A program made the position numbers and the translations under genes. Of a stretch of 64,000 bases of DNA, positions 13,301 through 27,177 are shown one piece after another (within the stretch, counting starts at the first letter, position 1; every line of letters starts with the position of its first letter). The notes under the pieces are model-generated. The model ran no database searches, was not told where the DNA came from, and saw only the letters and a program-made list of their open reading frames with translations. Origin of the DNA: Gnetum montanum. Its lineage: Eukaryota > Plantae > Gnetophyta. The stretch is from contig MNCI01000326.1 in the NCBI GenBank assembly GCA_015680685.1, forward strand, positions 6,414 through 70,413, written 5' to 3'.

Positions 13301-15700
13301 AGAAACTCTAGTCTATGAAAAGAGCATCTATTTCTATGTGCAAGTAGTGTGCAAATGAGGTAGATATTAAAAGGTGACTATATGAAATAGCTAGGATTAG
13401 GATTAGTTCAAAACAACATTCACAAGTCCTTATGGAAATTTTGCATATCAAAAGAAGCCTTTCAATCTATGCAATGTTGTTGTAACATTTCAACACTTGG
13501 TCTTGAGCAATTTTCAACAAAAAATTAGTAGCAAGATGGAAGTCTTGATGGATGATGTCTCCACCTACGGTACTATATTTGAGCAAGCCTTGCACCACCT
13601 TGAGTAAGTGCTTAAAAGGTGTGTGGAGACAATCTTTAGCTTAACTATTAGAAGAGCCATATGATGGTCTAGAAGGACATTGTAATAGCACATAGAATTT
13701 CTTAGGAAGGGATCATAGTGGACCTTGAAAAGATAAGGGTCATCCAAGGAATAACTACCCAAAAAAAATAGTTAAATATGTTTAGTCATTCCTTGGACAC
13801 AATGGCTACTACTAGCATTTTAGAGAGAATTTCTTTAAAATTGTAAAATAATTGGTGGAGCTTTCAAATAAAGATTCTTCATTCATCTAGACCAAGGAAT
13901 GCGAAAATGCATTTCAGAGCCTTAAGTAGAAGCTTATATAAACTTCAATTCTACAAGCATCTAACTGGTCTAGACCATTTCATATGATGATAGACACATT
14001 AAATTATGCCTTGGGAGCAAGGATTACATAGGTAGACAACATGAAACATCCATATTACATATACTATTCAAGTTGAAGCATTATGGATGCACAAATAAAT
14101 TACATGACAATGGAGAAATAAATAATGGTAATGATGTATGCTCTAGAGATGTTTAGGCAATATGTTCATGGATACAAAGTGTTTGTGCACATTGATCACA
14201 GTGCCATTTGCTTCATCATGAACAAGCCAACAGTGAGCCCTCGTCTCATACGGTGGTTGGTAATCTTGTAGGAGTTCAATCTTACAATAGTAGATCAAAA
14301 GGGGATTGATAATGTGATCACTGATAACTTGTCTTAGTTATGATGGGATAACAAAGAGGAGGAGAGCCTGCTCTCTAACCAATTTTTTGATGAACTGCTA
14401 TTTATAGGTGGAATAAATGAAAAATTTCTTAATGAACCAAAATGGTATGATAGCATTCTTACTTATCTTCTCACTCAAGAGATGTCACAAGATCTAGACT
14501 ACAGGAAGAAATTACAATTTCTTTATCAAGCCAAATGCTTGATGGAAATCAATGGACACCTTTATAAGGTGTGTACCAATAGCCTGGTTCATTAGTCTGT
14601 ACCTAATGCTATTCAACTGCACATTCTCTAGGATGCTCATGTAGGTTCTTGTAGGAGTCACTATGCTAGCAGATGCATGATCATTAAAATCCTAATGGTA
14701 GGGTATTACAGGCCAATCATCATCAAGGATACCTACTAATTTTTTCACTCTTGTGAATGCTATCAATAAGATGATGGGATGATCACTTGAATGGAAGGAT
14801 CTTAATAGTGAATTCAACCATTGAAACCCTTCAACATCTAGGGCATCAACTTCATCGGTTCCATCATGCCCATGTGAAATGGAAAGGTGTACATGATTAT
14901 CATCAATGATCACTACACAAAATGGATAGAAGTAGTAGTTTTCATCAACTGTAGATCATCTACTACTACGTGGTCTGTAAAAAAAAATGTTATAAATGAA
15001 TTTAGGATGCCATGTGTACTAATTTTTAACAACAAAACTTATTTTACAAGAACTACCTTTCACAAGCTTATCCAACACTTGGGGGTTGAACATAAACTAG
15101 CAACATCCTACCATCCCCAAGGCAATGATCAAGTAGAAATCACTAATAAGGAGATCATGAAGATCTTAATAAGAACTATTAGAACATATTGGGGAGAGTA
15201 GAGGAAAAAACTAAATAATTCCCTCTAAGAATACTACTCAACATGAAAACTTCCTATAGGCTACTCTCCCTATGAGCCGGTGTATGGAAAATCACCAACT
15301 CTACCTCTCCAATCTAAGCTTCATATACTTTCAATAGCCTATGACTTAGACCTTGACCTTAGCCTAGCACAAGAAAAAATATTAATAAAATTTAATTCAC
15401 AAGATGAAAATTGATTGGTATCCCTATCCTTGAATGAAGTGCACAAAGCATTATGTAAACAATGCCATAACCTTAGGATAAGAAAAGTAAAATTTCAACC
15501 TAGAGATAACGTCCTCTACTAGAACACCACACATGTACCTCAACAAACTAAGTTTCAAACATTGTGGAAAGGGCCTTATATCATTTATGAAACCTTTTTT
15601 TCTAAGGCCATCTTGATCTACAAACCTAAGAGCTTGAACAAAAAGCAACTGGTTAACACACAATAAGTCAAACCTTTCCATGAGCCTCAGCCAGCCAATG
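10380..15700 (+). pseudogene. gag-pol of B (gag, protease, partial RT, RH, INT)
   Basis: Gag core ~11250-11700; protease ALHDLG ~12920; RT FAYQKKPF..CN and MEVLMDD ~13440-13560 with the RT N-terminus deleted; RH ~13980-14340; INT DHYTKWIE and TSYHPQGNDQVE. Confidence 0.88.
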
Positions 15701-17719
15701 GAAGCAATGTCACAATGAATGAACAACTTCACTCAATCTTTTGGATATACTTTTAAATTATTCATGGGGGAGATGATCATCCATGGTAATCAATTAATGT
15801 GGCCCCTCAATTTTTCCAAATTCTTTTATTTTATACTTTCTTTTTTTTATATCATTTTTTGTTTTACACTTTGTTATTTTTCCAAATTTTTGTTTAACAA
15901 CATAATTCAAATGATTTAATTTTATTGAATGTTTTAAAATTTCTTTTATACTTTCTCTTATTTTGGTATGAATTTTCCTTATTTTCTAATAAAATTACTT
16001 TATTTCCAATAGGACACAGTGGTGTTGTAGCTATATGCTAATGGTGGTCTGTAGTTAACATTTTTGATTACTAATGTCTAGTTTCTATTTTTGAATTTTG
16101 ATGATTGATAACTAAGACATAGTTCTTTTTCATGGAACAGGTAGTGAGTCGATGTCATCCATATATTCAAAACATTTATGGTTTTTCTTGTTTTGGAAAC
16201 ATGAGGTTCCTTCTCATTAATTAAACCTTAACAAACTTATGATCTTTGGTAGTTTCTAGTCTTGCAAAAGATTCAAACGTTTGAAAAGGGTATGACTTCA
16301 AGGGGATTCAAAGCTCTCTATGACTTCTACCATCTTGAGTGTAAGTGTGTTTTTCATGGATCTCTTAACATTCCATGTTAACCAATAACAAGATGTCAAA
16401 TAATCCTTTACATGGTGTGGTTCCCATTCAAAAATCTATAAAAAGTGATCAGAATTCAAAGCACATCCCTTGAACATAATAAATGGGTTACAAGAATTGG
16501 TTATGGGACTAGAAAGACATGCTACCCATACCTAAAGGTCTCCTCTAACTAAATCCCTTGCTCTCTTCTTGCTTCTATTTTCTTCTCTAAAGTAATGATG
16601 TTTGATATATGGGATCATTCGTATATCTCAAAGGGATGTATTGGTCTTAGAGTGGCAATTCAAAGTCACTAAACATGGTTGGTTTTGGTCTAGACAAAGG
16701 ATGGACACTATTGGATCATTTAACCATGAATTCCATAAGGGACTTCATGTGACCAAGATTAGGAACATCATTCTACTCTATTTATCATACATTAATGATT
16801 CCATAACTCTCCTTACTACTAGTTATCCATGTTTTCATCCAATGTCTTAGTTTGATGTGTTGAAATTTTTAAATATATTCTCTAGGTTTCGTCCTTAATG
16901 CTTCATAACCATTAATCAACTATGGGGTCCATAGACTTCTTAGATGAGGTTATGCAAAGGAAAAAAGGGCATGTGTCACTATGGGGAGGATCCACTTGCA
17001 TATCATACGGTTTGGTTTGTTGCAATCAAATATTTTATGCACTTCATCATGCATCCAACTGTGTGCTCCTTAAAGTATTTTTCTTCATAAGATCTCATTC
17101 TCCAATTATTTCTCAATTTTATAAGCTTTAAAATACTCTTCTAATATTTTCATCATGTTCATGGCTTTTTGGACTATTTGACCTTTATTTCATTCAAAAA
17201 TTCTTTGTTTTTTATTACTTTTGACAACATTGACAATGGTCAATAGCCACATTGACTAGGCCCCATTGACACAGCATAAAAATTCTATAGATATCACCCA
17301 AAAATTTAAAATTCTTGTCATTTGCTTCAAAATGGGAGGGGTTTTTTTGTAATTTTTTAGAGCCCATAACTTTTACACCATTTGTCCAAATCACTCTATT
17401 CTTTGATCTTGTGGCTACTAAAGGTAAGGTCTTAATTGAGGTGGCCACAATCCTTAGGTTCCTAACAAAAATTTTTCAAAATTTTTCCAACTTCTCCAAA
17501 GGGTTAATGAATAAAATAATATTAAACCATCAATTTTTGAGAGTTTAACCTTTCCAGAAAACTCTAGCAAACCTAAAACTACTTATTAATATTAAAACAA
17601 GAGTAAAATAATAATAGAAATGATCAAATCATCCATGATTACGACTTAGACAAGTGTAACTTTTCTAAAACATAAGGTATTCCAATTGTTTCAAATTACA
17701 TGTTAAATGCTAACCCTTG

Positions 17720-20600
17720 GTCATGATGTGATTATAGATGTTACCAAAACTATAATAGCTACAAGAAGGGGGACCATCGCAAAAAAGGGACAAATGACCT
17801 AGAGCTAGAAGGGACCAGTAAGAACAAGCCTTGGAGTAGGTAGTAGAAACTCATGCAACAAGACCTCTTTAGAAGAAGCCTGAAATGGAATCTATCTAAT
17901 AGATTCTTGAAGAAGAGGTTTCAACTGAACAATCTCAAAGAGAAAAGCCACTAGGGTCCATGCCAAGACTTGAGGTCACATTAACATAAGCCTACCTTAA
18001 TATGATCAAGCCTCATGATGTCCAATGCTCCATCCTCCAAGAACTGAACTTTGGACCATTCTTAGAACATGCTCCACCAAAAGTTAAGATGTAACTACAA
18101 AAGTCTTCCATGTGGCCAATCATCACTTCTAGTGGGAAGTGGTACATGAGAGAGAAATATCTCTTCTAGGATAGTGGAAAGGTAGGAGCCAATATGAGAA
18201 TTAAGGACATTCATGTGTCCTATTCAGTGGAATCTACTGTGCAAGCTCTTGGTCTACCTAATTCTAGAACCCATCTAGTAGAGATCTCCATGCAAGTAGA
18301 CCTAGAGGCATAAAAGGAATGAACCCAGTGGTGTTATGCGATTGACCGCAAGGAGTTTGGTGTGCTCACACTAGCATGGTGCATATACTTCAAGATAATG
18401 GATTATCACCTCAATCTAATGATAAGGCCTAGCAAGGTAACTACTTTGTCCAGTAGTGCATGTGAAACTTTAAGTAAGAAATTAAATATAAACCTTCCAT
18501 AGCTAATCTATCTAGAGATGCAAAAGCACTTCAATGAAAATGAATGTGGAATGAAAACCCTATCCTTTCAATGCATTATGAAGAAACTCCATAAAAGGGT
18601 AGGGATAGTCGACTATGCAAATGACATAATCAAGCATATTACCATTAACTTCTTGTTTAAAATAATGGAGGATTAGATCCCTACCATGTCCAAGAAAGAG
18701 AAGCAGCAACCAGCACCTCCACCATTCACATAGGAAACAACACCAAAAGCATACGCTTCCATTAAGTGTGTGCATGAAATCCAATAGTAGATCTTGCATG
18801 AGTGGGAGTAGCAAGTAAGAACTAGCCATCAAGATCCATCTGTGTACCATATTACAAGAGTTACCTCAATGGAGTGACTCAAATAATCAGTTAGATAGAG
18901 GAAGATGGATCAATATTCTTAGTCCAAAAAACATAGCTACCCACAAGGTTGAATCTTAGTACTCAAGAGGTAACGGTGTCTCTCTTGCAACAACAAAAAT
19001 TCCTAGAAATATTTGGAAATGCCACTACCTTTTCAATGTACTTAGAGGAGGACGTGGGGGCAACTATCTTGATGATATAGTACTAAGGTTAAGAGATAGC
19101 AGCGGACGTATTTGTTGATCAAATTATCGAAGAAATAAACACACTTGTAGTCTCTGTACCAAACATTTTTGCACTCAAAGATGTGCAAACATCTATACGA
19201 ATTATTAGCAACTGATTGAGTTTAGCCAAGAATGAGGAGTTGCTAGATAAACTAGTGGGAATTGGGCAACTAATTTCAAATATCTTTGATTTTTTATATA
19301 ACATCACCATAACCTAGCTAAAGCTACTTGTAGTAAAGGACAAATTCATCATTTTGGAAGGACAACATGAAATGGCTCAAGTGCAAAGCCAACACTTGGC
19401 CATGAAGGTTGCCAAATTAAGAGCCCCGTTTACTAATATTGTGCTCCTTAACCCTACACTAAAAAGAGATTAAGCTTTTCAATAGATTTAGAAAAGAATT
19501 AAATAGGTTGAGATAGGGATGGTAATAGACATCTTTAACCAATCCATGGCAAAGGCCAAGACATATTCAGTTCAAAAGAACTTGGTCTAGATGCAGCAAG
19601 AGAATGAAATGTTGATCACAGAGAATCATCATCTATGGAATGTTGATGTGTAGAAATAGCAGATGTAAGAATTCATCTATCAATAGTAGGAGCATCTAGC
19701 TAGGTTAAACAATAAACTTGGAAAATTAGTTGCCAAAAATGAAAATCTCTCTATGGAGGAAGTCTGTGCCTTACACCAAAAATATACAATTAAGATTACC
19801 AACTAGAAGAATGAGGCTCTTAAATTTGAGAGAGTCAAGAATCACTATAGAGATTAGGTTGGCCTACAAAAGGAAGTTAATAAAAAACACATTCAGATGG
19901 CTAAGGAAAATGTTAATGTGACCGTCCAACAACTCTACCAAGGAAAAGAGATGTGGCAACCTATCATTGATGGGATGAATGCCTACAACAAAGGAGAGAT
20001 CTACATGAAGGAGTTATAGATTGAAAAGATGATAGAATGCATGGAGCTTGCAATCTCTAATATGCAAACTTGACAATGCTAACTTCTAGATTACCATGGT
20101 TAATTCTAGAGAAATAAGTGGGCAACTTGTCTTAGCTATACAAAGTAGAGTTCAACCACCACAAGGAGACCAAGCAAAAGCTTGAGACTACAAATGTTGA
20201 ACTTGAAGTTCTCTAGGCAAGATTCACTAATCAAAGATCAACTATTGAAAACCTGGCTAGAACAATGAATGATTACTATGAATTTTAGAATGTAATTAGG
20301 GCATTTAATGTGAATGCAAACAATTTTTTGGCTAGTTCATAAATGTTAAGGAGTTGTTCCTAATAATTCCATATCCTTAGGATGAGCTCACAGCAGCCCA
20401 CATTGGTAAAGTTGTGTGGACCATGCATGATCCTAGGAGTAACGAGGAGAAGATGAAAGCATTTTTTGGATGCTTTTCATCTTCCATTGAAATTTTCAGC
20501 TATAGTAGGAAAACCACAATAGCCTCAAACACCACATGTTCCTGAAGTAAGAGAAGGCCCTTCAGAACCTCTAATACCTAGGATTGTTTAATATTATTCA
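17720..20600 (+). pseudogene. Extra (env-like/Athila accessory) ORF remnant with long coiled-coil-like C-terminus
   Basis: Position between pol and the PPT; coding-like composition; E/K/Q/L-rich region at 19.1-20.3 kb; many stops. Confidence 0.5.
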
Positions 20601-20788
20601 TCATCTTTAAATTATTAAAGGGATTATGTTTGTTAATTTTGTTCTAGTATTTAATTTTGTAGTCTTGAATACCAAAATAATTTTCTAATGATTGTATATC
20701 TGTATACTTGGGAACTTAGAGTTTTTTTGTATTTGTTATGTGTCTATCATCAGTTAATAATTCCATACCTTCCTAAATTTGTAAAGAA

Positions 20789-20822
20789 CTTGAGAACAAG
20801 TTTTTGTTCAGTTGTGGGGGTA
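20789..20822 (+). other. Athila-type PPT region of B
   Basis: cttgagaacaag...gttgtgggggta immediately before the 3' LTR. Confidence 0.75.
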
Positions 20823-21690
20823 TGATGAATCATAAATTGGTTGTCAACTAGGTTGCATCGACACATGATTTGATACATTGATGTAGCCCCATCGATGACA
20901 TGTCTATTTTTTTCTATAAATACATGTGCATCCACTGTGTTTATTACATATCTTATCATAGTTATAGTAAAACTCTTGCAATTTTGTCATTTGAAAGCTA
21001 GATAATTTTTCTAAGTGCCCACAATAAGAGTCAAGAGTGTATAGATCTTTATTTGAGCACTGGTATACCTAAGCATGGTAGTGTGTGTGCGACAATAAAG
21101 ATGAACTTTTTGATAAACCTTGTAGCAATTTGAAATAGATTAATTATTCATTTATGCCTGTAATGTTTTATGCAATTTTCTTTAATGATTTAAGTAATTA
21201 AATAATTAATTAGGCTAAATTAAGCTAGATTAAATACTAATTAATTAAACACATAAGTATGACCACTTCAAGCATACACTTGGCACTTGGTAATCCTAGT
21301 AACCCTTAATGTTTGGTAACCCAAAAATGTTAAATGTGTTCAGAATATGGATGACTAGTGGAAATGGATTCTTATGTTAGGATTATTTAGATGTAGCTAG
21401 TTAGATTAAATTAGCAATTTAATTATTTTATTTTTATTCATTATTCTTTACCCTTAGCCAACTTAAAACAAAAAACATAAAAAATGATAAAAATCATATG
21501 CCTCACTTGCACTTAATCATACCTTTGCATTTCACAAGTGTAATTGGGAAGATAATGATTGTAGTGATTAGTTTCACTTCTTAGAGACTAGTGTGATGAG
21601 AAGGCTATAAGTCCATTAAATTCAAACAGATCATGCATGAACACTTAGTGATTTGTATGGTTGGATGTAGGGTCTACTTGCTACTCATCA
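20823..21690 (+). repeat. Element B 3' LTR
   Basis: Direct repeat of 9293-10197; TATAAATA at 20915-20922. Confidence 0.92.
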
Positions 21691-21695
21691 ATTCA

Positions 21696-24150
21696 ATTTT
21701 AACCACTAATTTATTTTCTATTTTGAAGAAAGGTCTCTTTCTACTAGGAGTTAAGTTATTTGAAATCTTTTTTGTATCAAGAAATTCTAGAATTTGATCA
21801 TACCAATTTTTCTCATGAATCTTTATCACACATACTTCATTTTTTCTAGCCATTAACTTGGCTAGTTTTATTCCTTTAATAGTTTTTCATATTTCCAATG
21901 AAAATTTGAAACTTTGAAGCTTTACGATCCACTTTCCTCTCTTCAATTTAGTTTCATGTTTGGCTAAGGATTGTTTAACTGTAGGTTCTATTAGCATAAT
22001 ATGAACTAAGGAGCTTTCCAAGTAATATTTGAAATGTAGAAGTGCCTTAATAATTACAAATTCTTATTTTTGTAAGTCTAAATAATTTTCCTCTAAATAT
22101 GTTTTGGATGTCAACTAATCTGAACCATAATGGACTCACCTATTAAATCTTTAAAGGCTAAATCCATTACTCTATGAAAAATAGCTCTAGCATTTGACAA
22201 TCAAAACAGAAATGTGATAAATGTTGTTTTATATCTGTCACCCTTATCTACCATGATCTAATTATAGCCTAAAAATCCATCTAAGAAAAAATATAATTAA
22301 TATCTTGATACTTTGATTATCATTTCATCAAGTCTAGAAAGCAGGTATTTATCTTTTTCTGAAGCTTCATTCAAATTTCTAAAATCTACACAAAGCCTAA
22401 TATCACCATTCTTATTTCTTATTAGAATAAGGTTAGTAATCCATGTTGAATGTCAAATTGGATATATGATTTAGGATGGTAATGAGTTCTTGATCTTAGC
22501 TTCCATAGCTAGCTCAAATGATGGATTAAATTTTCTTTGCTTTTATTTATCTTACAATCATCTATCAAAGGGATCTTATGTGTCATCACCTCTAGTTGAA
22601 ATGTTTTAAGATCATCATAAGACCAAGAAAAAATTTTCAAATTATTTGTCAAGATTAATAATAAAGTTTTCTTGAAGACTAAATCTTTTTCCTTTGTGAC
22701 ATTTTACACCTTTGGTATCTTAATAAATTCGAAATTTACTATTTCAAGAGCTTGATCATCTAGATTTTGTATATGTTTTTCAATAAGCAATCTTTTGTTA
22801 AAGTCATGTTTGTAATCAATCAATTTTTATGAATATAATTTGTCTTAAAAATTGATGTTTTCTTAGGTATTATTTGACTTTCAAATTCTTTCTTATTCCT
22901 TAAGAATCTAAGCAATTGATCATCATCTTCAAAAACTTGTAAATGCTTTATGTTATTTGGTATTGATGGCTGATTTTCATTCTTGATTTTTACACCCTTG
23001 TAACTTTGTATCATTTTTACATTTAATGATGAAACTACTATTGCTAAATCATCTACTATATAGTTCTCTTTCATATCTATATGTTCTATTTTTTAGTGAT
23101 GAAATTTATCAAACATTTTGCAAATGAACTATTTATAAGGTCACAAGAATGAGCTTTTTATCACAAAATTACCTTTAACTTGTTCAAAACTAATCTTGAG
23201 TCTTCTTTTATGATGATTTCCTTGATTCCCTTTTCCAATGTTGTTTTAATTCTAATATAAAAAGCTTCATATTTGGCCTTGTTATTCATATAAGAAAACG
23301 ATAAATGAATTTCCTTGAATATTTTTGGGGAATCATCCTTTACTATAACTATTCCAAATCCATCACCTTTCGAGTTATAAGAACCATAAAACTATAGTTC
23401 CCATTTTTTCTCATATTGAAATTCTTCTTTTTCTAAGTCATCATCTTCCTAAAGTGTGTAGATTCTGGTTTCAAAAGCTCTTCTTTTAATAAATTTTTTC
23501 TCTCGACTTGAAGTAATGTTTTGACTCATTAAAGGCTCATTATAAATGTATATTTGATTTGGTTCTCTTTTCAAAGGTAGCCACATATGTGAATAATTTG
23601 TTGATATGTATCCTAAGAAATTCTTACTCCAACTTCTGCACAACAAAAGAATATGTGAATATAGTATATCTACTACTTGCATAGTTACTGTACTTTTTCT
23701 ATGAGGTTTATAAGTAATTTATAATAGAATATTGGGTAAATAACCCATAATCTTCACTCTGCTTTTGTCCACCTAAACAATCTTTTTATTTGATTTTTCT
23801 AGAATCATACCATGTTTTTGCATATAGATAATGGCATGATACTAGATGTAGCTCCAAAATCAACCAAATAATTGTGAAGATACTTATCCTTTCACTTCAT
23901 TTTCAATACAAAAGGAGAATATTCTTTATCAAGAGTACACTCAAAGCTAGTTTTTATTATCTTGTTAATGTTAGATACATAGGTTAACTCTAACTCTCGA
24001 ACTTTGTTTTTACTGCTAATGAACTCTAAAGCCTTTTTTTGCTGGTCTTCTATTTTTAGTAATTTATACATGCTAATATTTTCCCTGACATTTTGAAGAT
24101 CCACAATCAAATTGTATTCTCTATCTTTATAAAGGACTAGTTTCTTCATC
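21696..24150 (-). pseudogene. pol of A: protease-aRH-RT(deleted)-RH(partial)-INT start
   Basis: Protease YLVDFGATSSIMP ~23860; aRH ~23400-23040; RT CVDFRNLN and LDGFLGYN. The segment from YLDD through most of RH is deleted. Homologous to Z. Confidence 0.88.
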
Positions 24151-24440
24151 CATTTATTAAGAGTTTGATTTTGAGTACTTTGCTCTAATTGATCTTCTTA
24201 TCCTTTTGGTCCTTACTTCACTACTTATTCCAAACTAAAAAACATTTTTCTATTCTTCTTGTAATGAATAATTAGTCTTATAATCAAGAATTTCTTTGGA
24301 ACCCTTGAAATCTTCCAAACTATTAGCCTGTTTGATCATGAACTGAAAATAGTATCTAATTTTTATAACCCTTCTAGAAAAAAGAGCTATTGTTGTGCTA
24401 GGACTATCAATCTTATGAGGTTAGAGGAAAAATTTTTAGT

Positions 24441-24456
24441 CCTCCTTCTTGTGCTA
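24441..24456 (-). other. PBS of A (tRNA-Asn type)
   Basis: TAGCACAAGAAGGAGG vs TGGCGCTAGAAGGAGG (13/16), next to the 5' LTR. Confidence 0.7.
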
Positions 24457-24463
24457 AAAGAAC

Positions 24464-27172
24464 TATTGGTGACCATTTGGAACCAGACTGCCAATGTTGG
24501 AGGCCTCACGATTTTGTGACCTTTTGGAATCATGGGATCGAAGGTCTTCTTTAAACAAGATTTAGGTGTGTCCTATTCTCTAGTTAAACTAAGGCCCAAA
24601 TACCTCCAAATAAACTTAGTAGTTATGATACATGCTAGACATGAGTATGTGTTTGTTGTTGCGAATGTTAAAATGATTGGGTTATGTATAAAACTGTAAT
24701 TAACTATCATAAAAGAGATTTAGCTAACTTTGTCAAATACAAAGTTGTTCAAGATTCCTATTTTGTTCAATCACTTAGTATATATAGTCCTTATAGTAAA
24801 TTAATTTTAATAAATAAAATTTTGCAAAAATGTTTGAGTACAATTCTACCAATCTACTCCTAATTTTCCATAGAGAGAGTTCTACAAGAAAACTAGAGAG
24901 AGAACAAGATTCAATGGACTTAGAAAGAGAAAGAAATGAAAGTAGATTTGTGTGAAATCTGAAATATTTAAGCAAGATAAATTGACACAAGTAAATACTT
25001 CTCAATAAAGTTATTCCAATTCAATAACTACAAATTGTCTAAATTTTCAAATCCTAAAAAGCAATTTCATAAAGAAAATCTTATTATACTACCAAAAATT
25101 ATTATGTAAATGACAAAGTATTTGTCTCTATTTTAGCTAGTTAATAGTTGTTAAATATTGTATTCAATAGAGTCTTTAAAACTTGAGAATTTATTAATTA
25201 AAATATCAATGTAATAGGATTTAAAACAATGAAGCTATTTTAGTCATCTCAAAATACCAAAGATTTTTCTAGATTCTCTATGCTCAAAACAGGAAATTTT
25301 GTTAAGACATTAATATTAAATTGCTCTTGAGGCTTTTCAACAAAATAAGCTCTTCTATGGAAAATATTAATAGGAGTCTAATATTTCACAGAAAATAGAG
25401 CCATAAAAGCAATCTAGAAAATCCTCAAAATCAAATGCCAGGTACTATACTATCTAAGCATTAGCTAAGCAAATAAAACAAAATGAAAAGCAATGAACTC
25501 ATAGGATTAAAATAACTAGCCAAATTGATGTCTTAGCATGCCATGTTACAAGTAATCTTCAATTATATTTTTTCCAAAATCCTCCTTTTTAAATTATACC
25601 TTTGAAGGTCATTTTATAGTGACCTTAGAGTAGTTACAATAATTATGATAGGCTAACGTTATTAAAAATATCTAGGGGTATTAATTCATAACCACCATAG
25701 AGGTTATAACTTTCAAAGGAAGTTATTATAAATTTAAGATATGGTTGCCAAGTGTTTTCTTGGTAATAAATATTATGGATATTATCATGGGAGGTTACAA
25801 AAACATCTGCCATAATTGGCAACTATACTCTTCGTAAGCATAACTCCACAAATATCAAGGAAAACAAGTTGTACCTTCCATAGGAGGTTATAACTTCTAA
25901 TGAATAGTGTCAATGCTATATAATATAGAGGTATGTGTTGCAAATTGTCCATTAAACATCTTACTTAGAACCTTTAGATAAAATATCATATGGAATGAAA
26001 TTATTATACCCTTTAGTATTAATAATGTTATGCAAAAATTGGCTTCATTTCATAATGGGGCTTTAATTTAAATTTTTATGATATTTTATGGGGTTAAAAA
26101 CCACTTGGAACCATAATACAATTGAGAAAATTTTGGAGCATAACATTTTCCTTACAATCACTTATTATATTTGATGAGTTCAGTGAAAACCAAAGCCATG
26201 TATACTACCCTATGCTTACTATGCTTTCGAATAGAAGTATGGATGTGATCTTAGCAAAGTGGGGTTTCATGACCATCATGTGGTAACCTATGTATCTTGC
26301 ATACCTTCTTTCTTGGTAGCCATTCTCATATGTTTGTGTGATGGAGTCTCATGGTCATGTTTTTGGTCATCATGATCATCTACGTTGGTGCTACTTAGGG
26401 TTAGGGTGGCTACCATTGTTGCCTCTGGTTCTTCCACATTCCATAAGTCATCCATGTGCTCAATATGTAGAGGTAAGGGTTTCTACAAATTACTACATTG
26501 TGCCTTGGTAGTTCTAGAACTACTAGAAATACTTATGTGCCTACCTTGCACTCATTTCAGTGCTTGTTTCATGACTTCATTAGTTTAGATGTACCTTCTG
26601 TTGTAGGCAAAATCGGTGAGGGTATGCGAATGGGATAATCCTTTGGATATATCGTGGTGCCCATAGGTAACTACCACATTTCTAGCCATGTATCTAGCTA
26701 TGTTTTAGGCTATATTTGCTACATTACCTTCTGTAGAAAAGAAGGGTTTGATCCTAAAATCCTATGCTATTGGAGACCATTCAACATTGATAATTCAAAC
26801 GAATATGAGGCACCATGACATGGTTGTTGTTTTTAGCAAATTTTAGTATTTTGATGGATACAATAATTGAAACTTTAGAATTATTATATTTTTATTATAT
26901 GTATGTATTTAATTTTTTTTTTGATTTTTTCTTAATGTTTATCAATTTTTGGTTAAAATATAATATACTTGGCTTGAGCACATAACTTTCGTATATCTCT
27001 TAATCTCCTATAATGTTTCTTTGGAATATTATTCTTAATACCTTTTTCTTATAGTTAATTCTAGCTAGCTTCAAATATGTATTTTATAAAACCAAAGTAT
27101 CATAACTTTATTATTTTAAAAGCCTTCCAAGAATCATAACTGCTCCATAACCATGGTGAATATGTAATAATA
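24464..27172 (-). repeat. Element A 5' LTR
   Basis: Direct repeat of 4148-6873; terminal dinucleotides decayed. Confidence 0.9.
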
Positions 27173-27177
27173 GAAAG

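Larger units (their letters stand above)
9293..21690 (+). mobile_element. Element B: Athila-like Ty3/gypsy LTR retrotransposon nested in the integrase of A
   Basis: TGATG...CATCA termini; TSD ATTCT (9288-9292) / ATTCA (21691-21695); the A integrase rejoins across the insertion; tRNA-Asp-type PBS; Athila-type PPT; extra 3' ORF. Confidence 0.9.
4148..27172 (-). mobile_element. Element A: full-length-bounded Tat (TatII-type) LTR retrotransposon, internally deleted, containing nested element B
   Basis: Two ~2.7-kb direct repeats; TSD GAAAG at 4143-4147 and 27173-27177; PBS, PPT and PROT-aRH-RT-RH-INT remnants on the minus strand. Confidence 0.92.
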
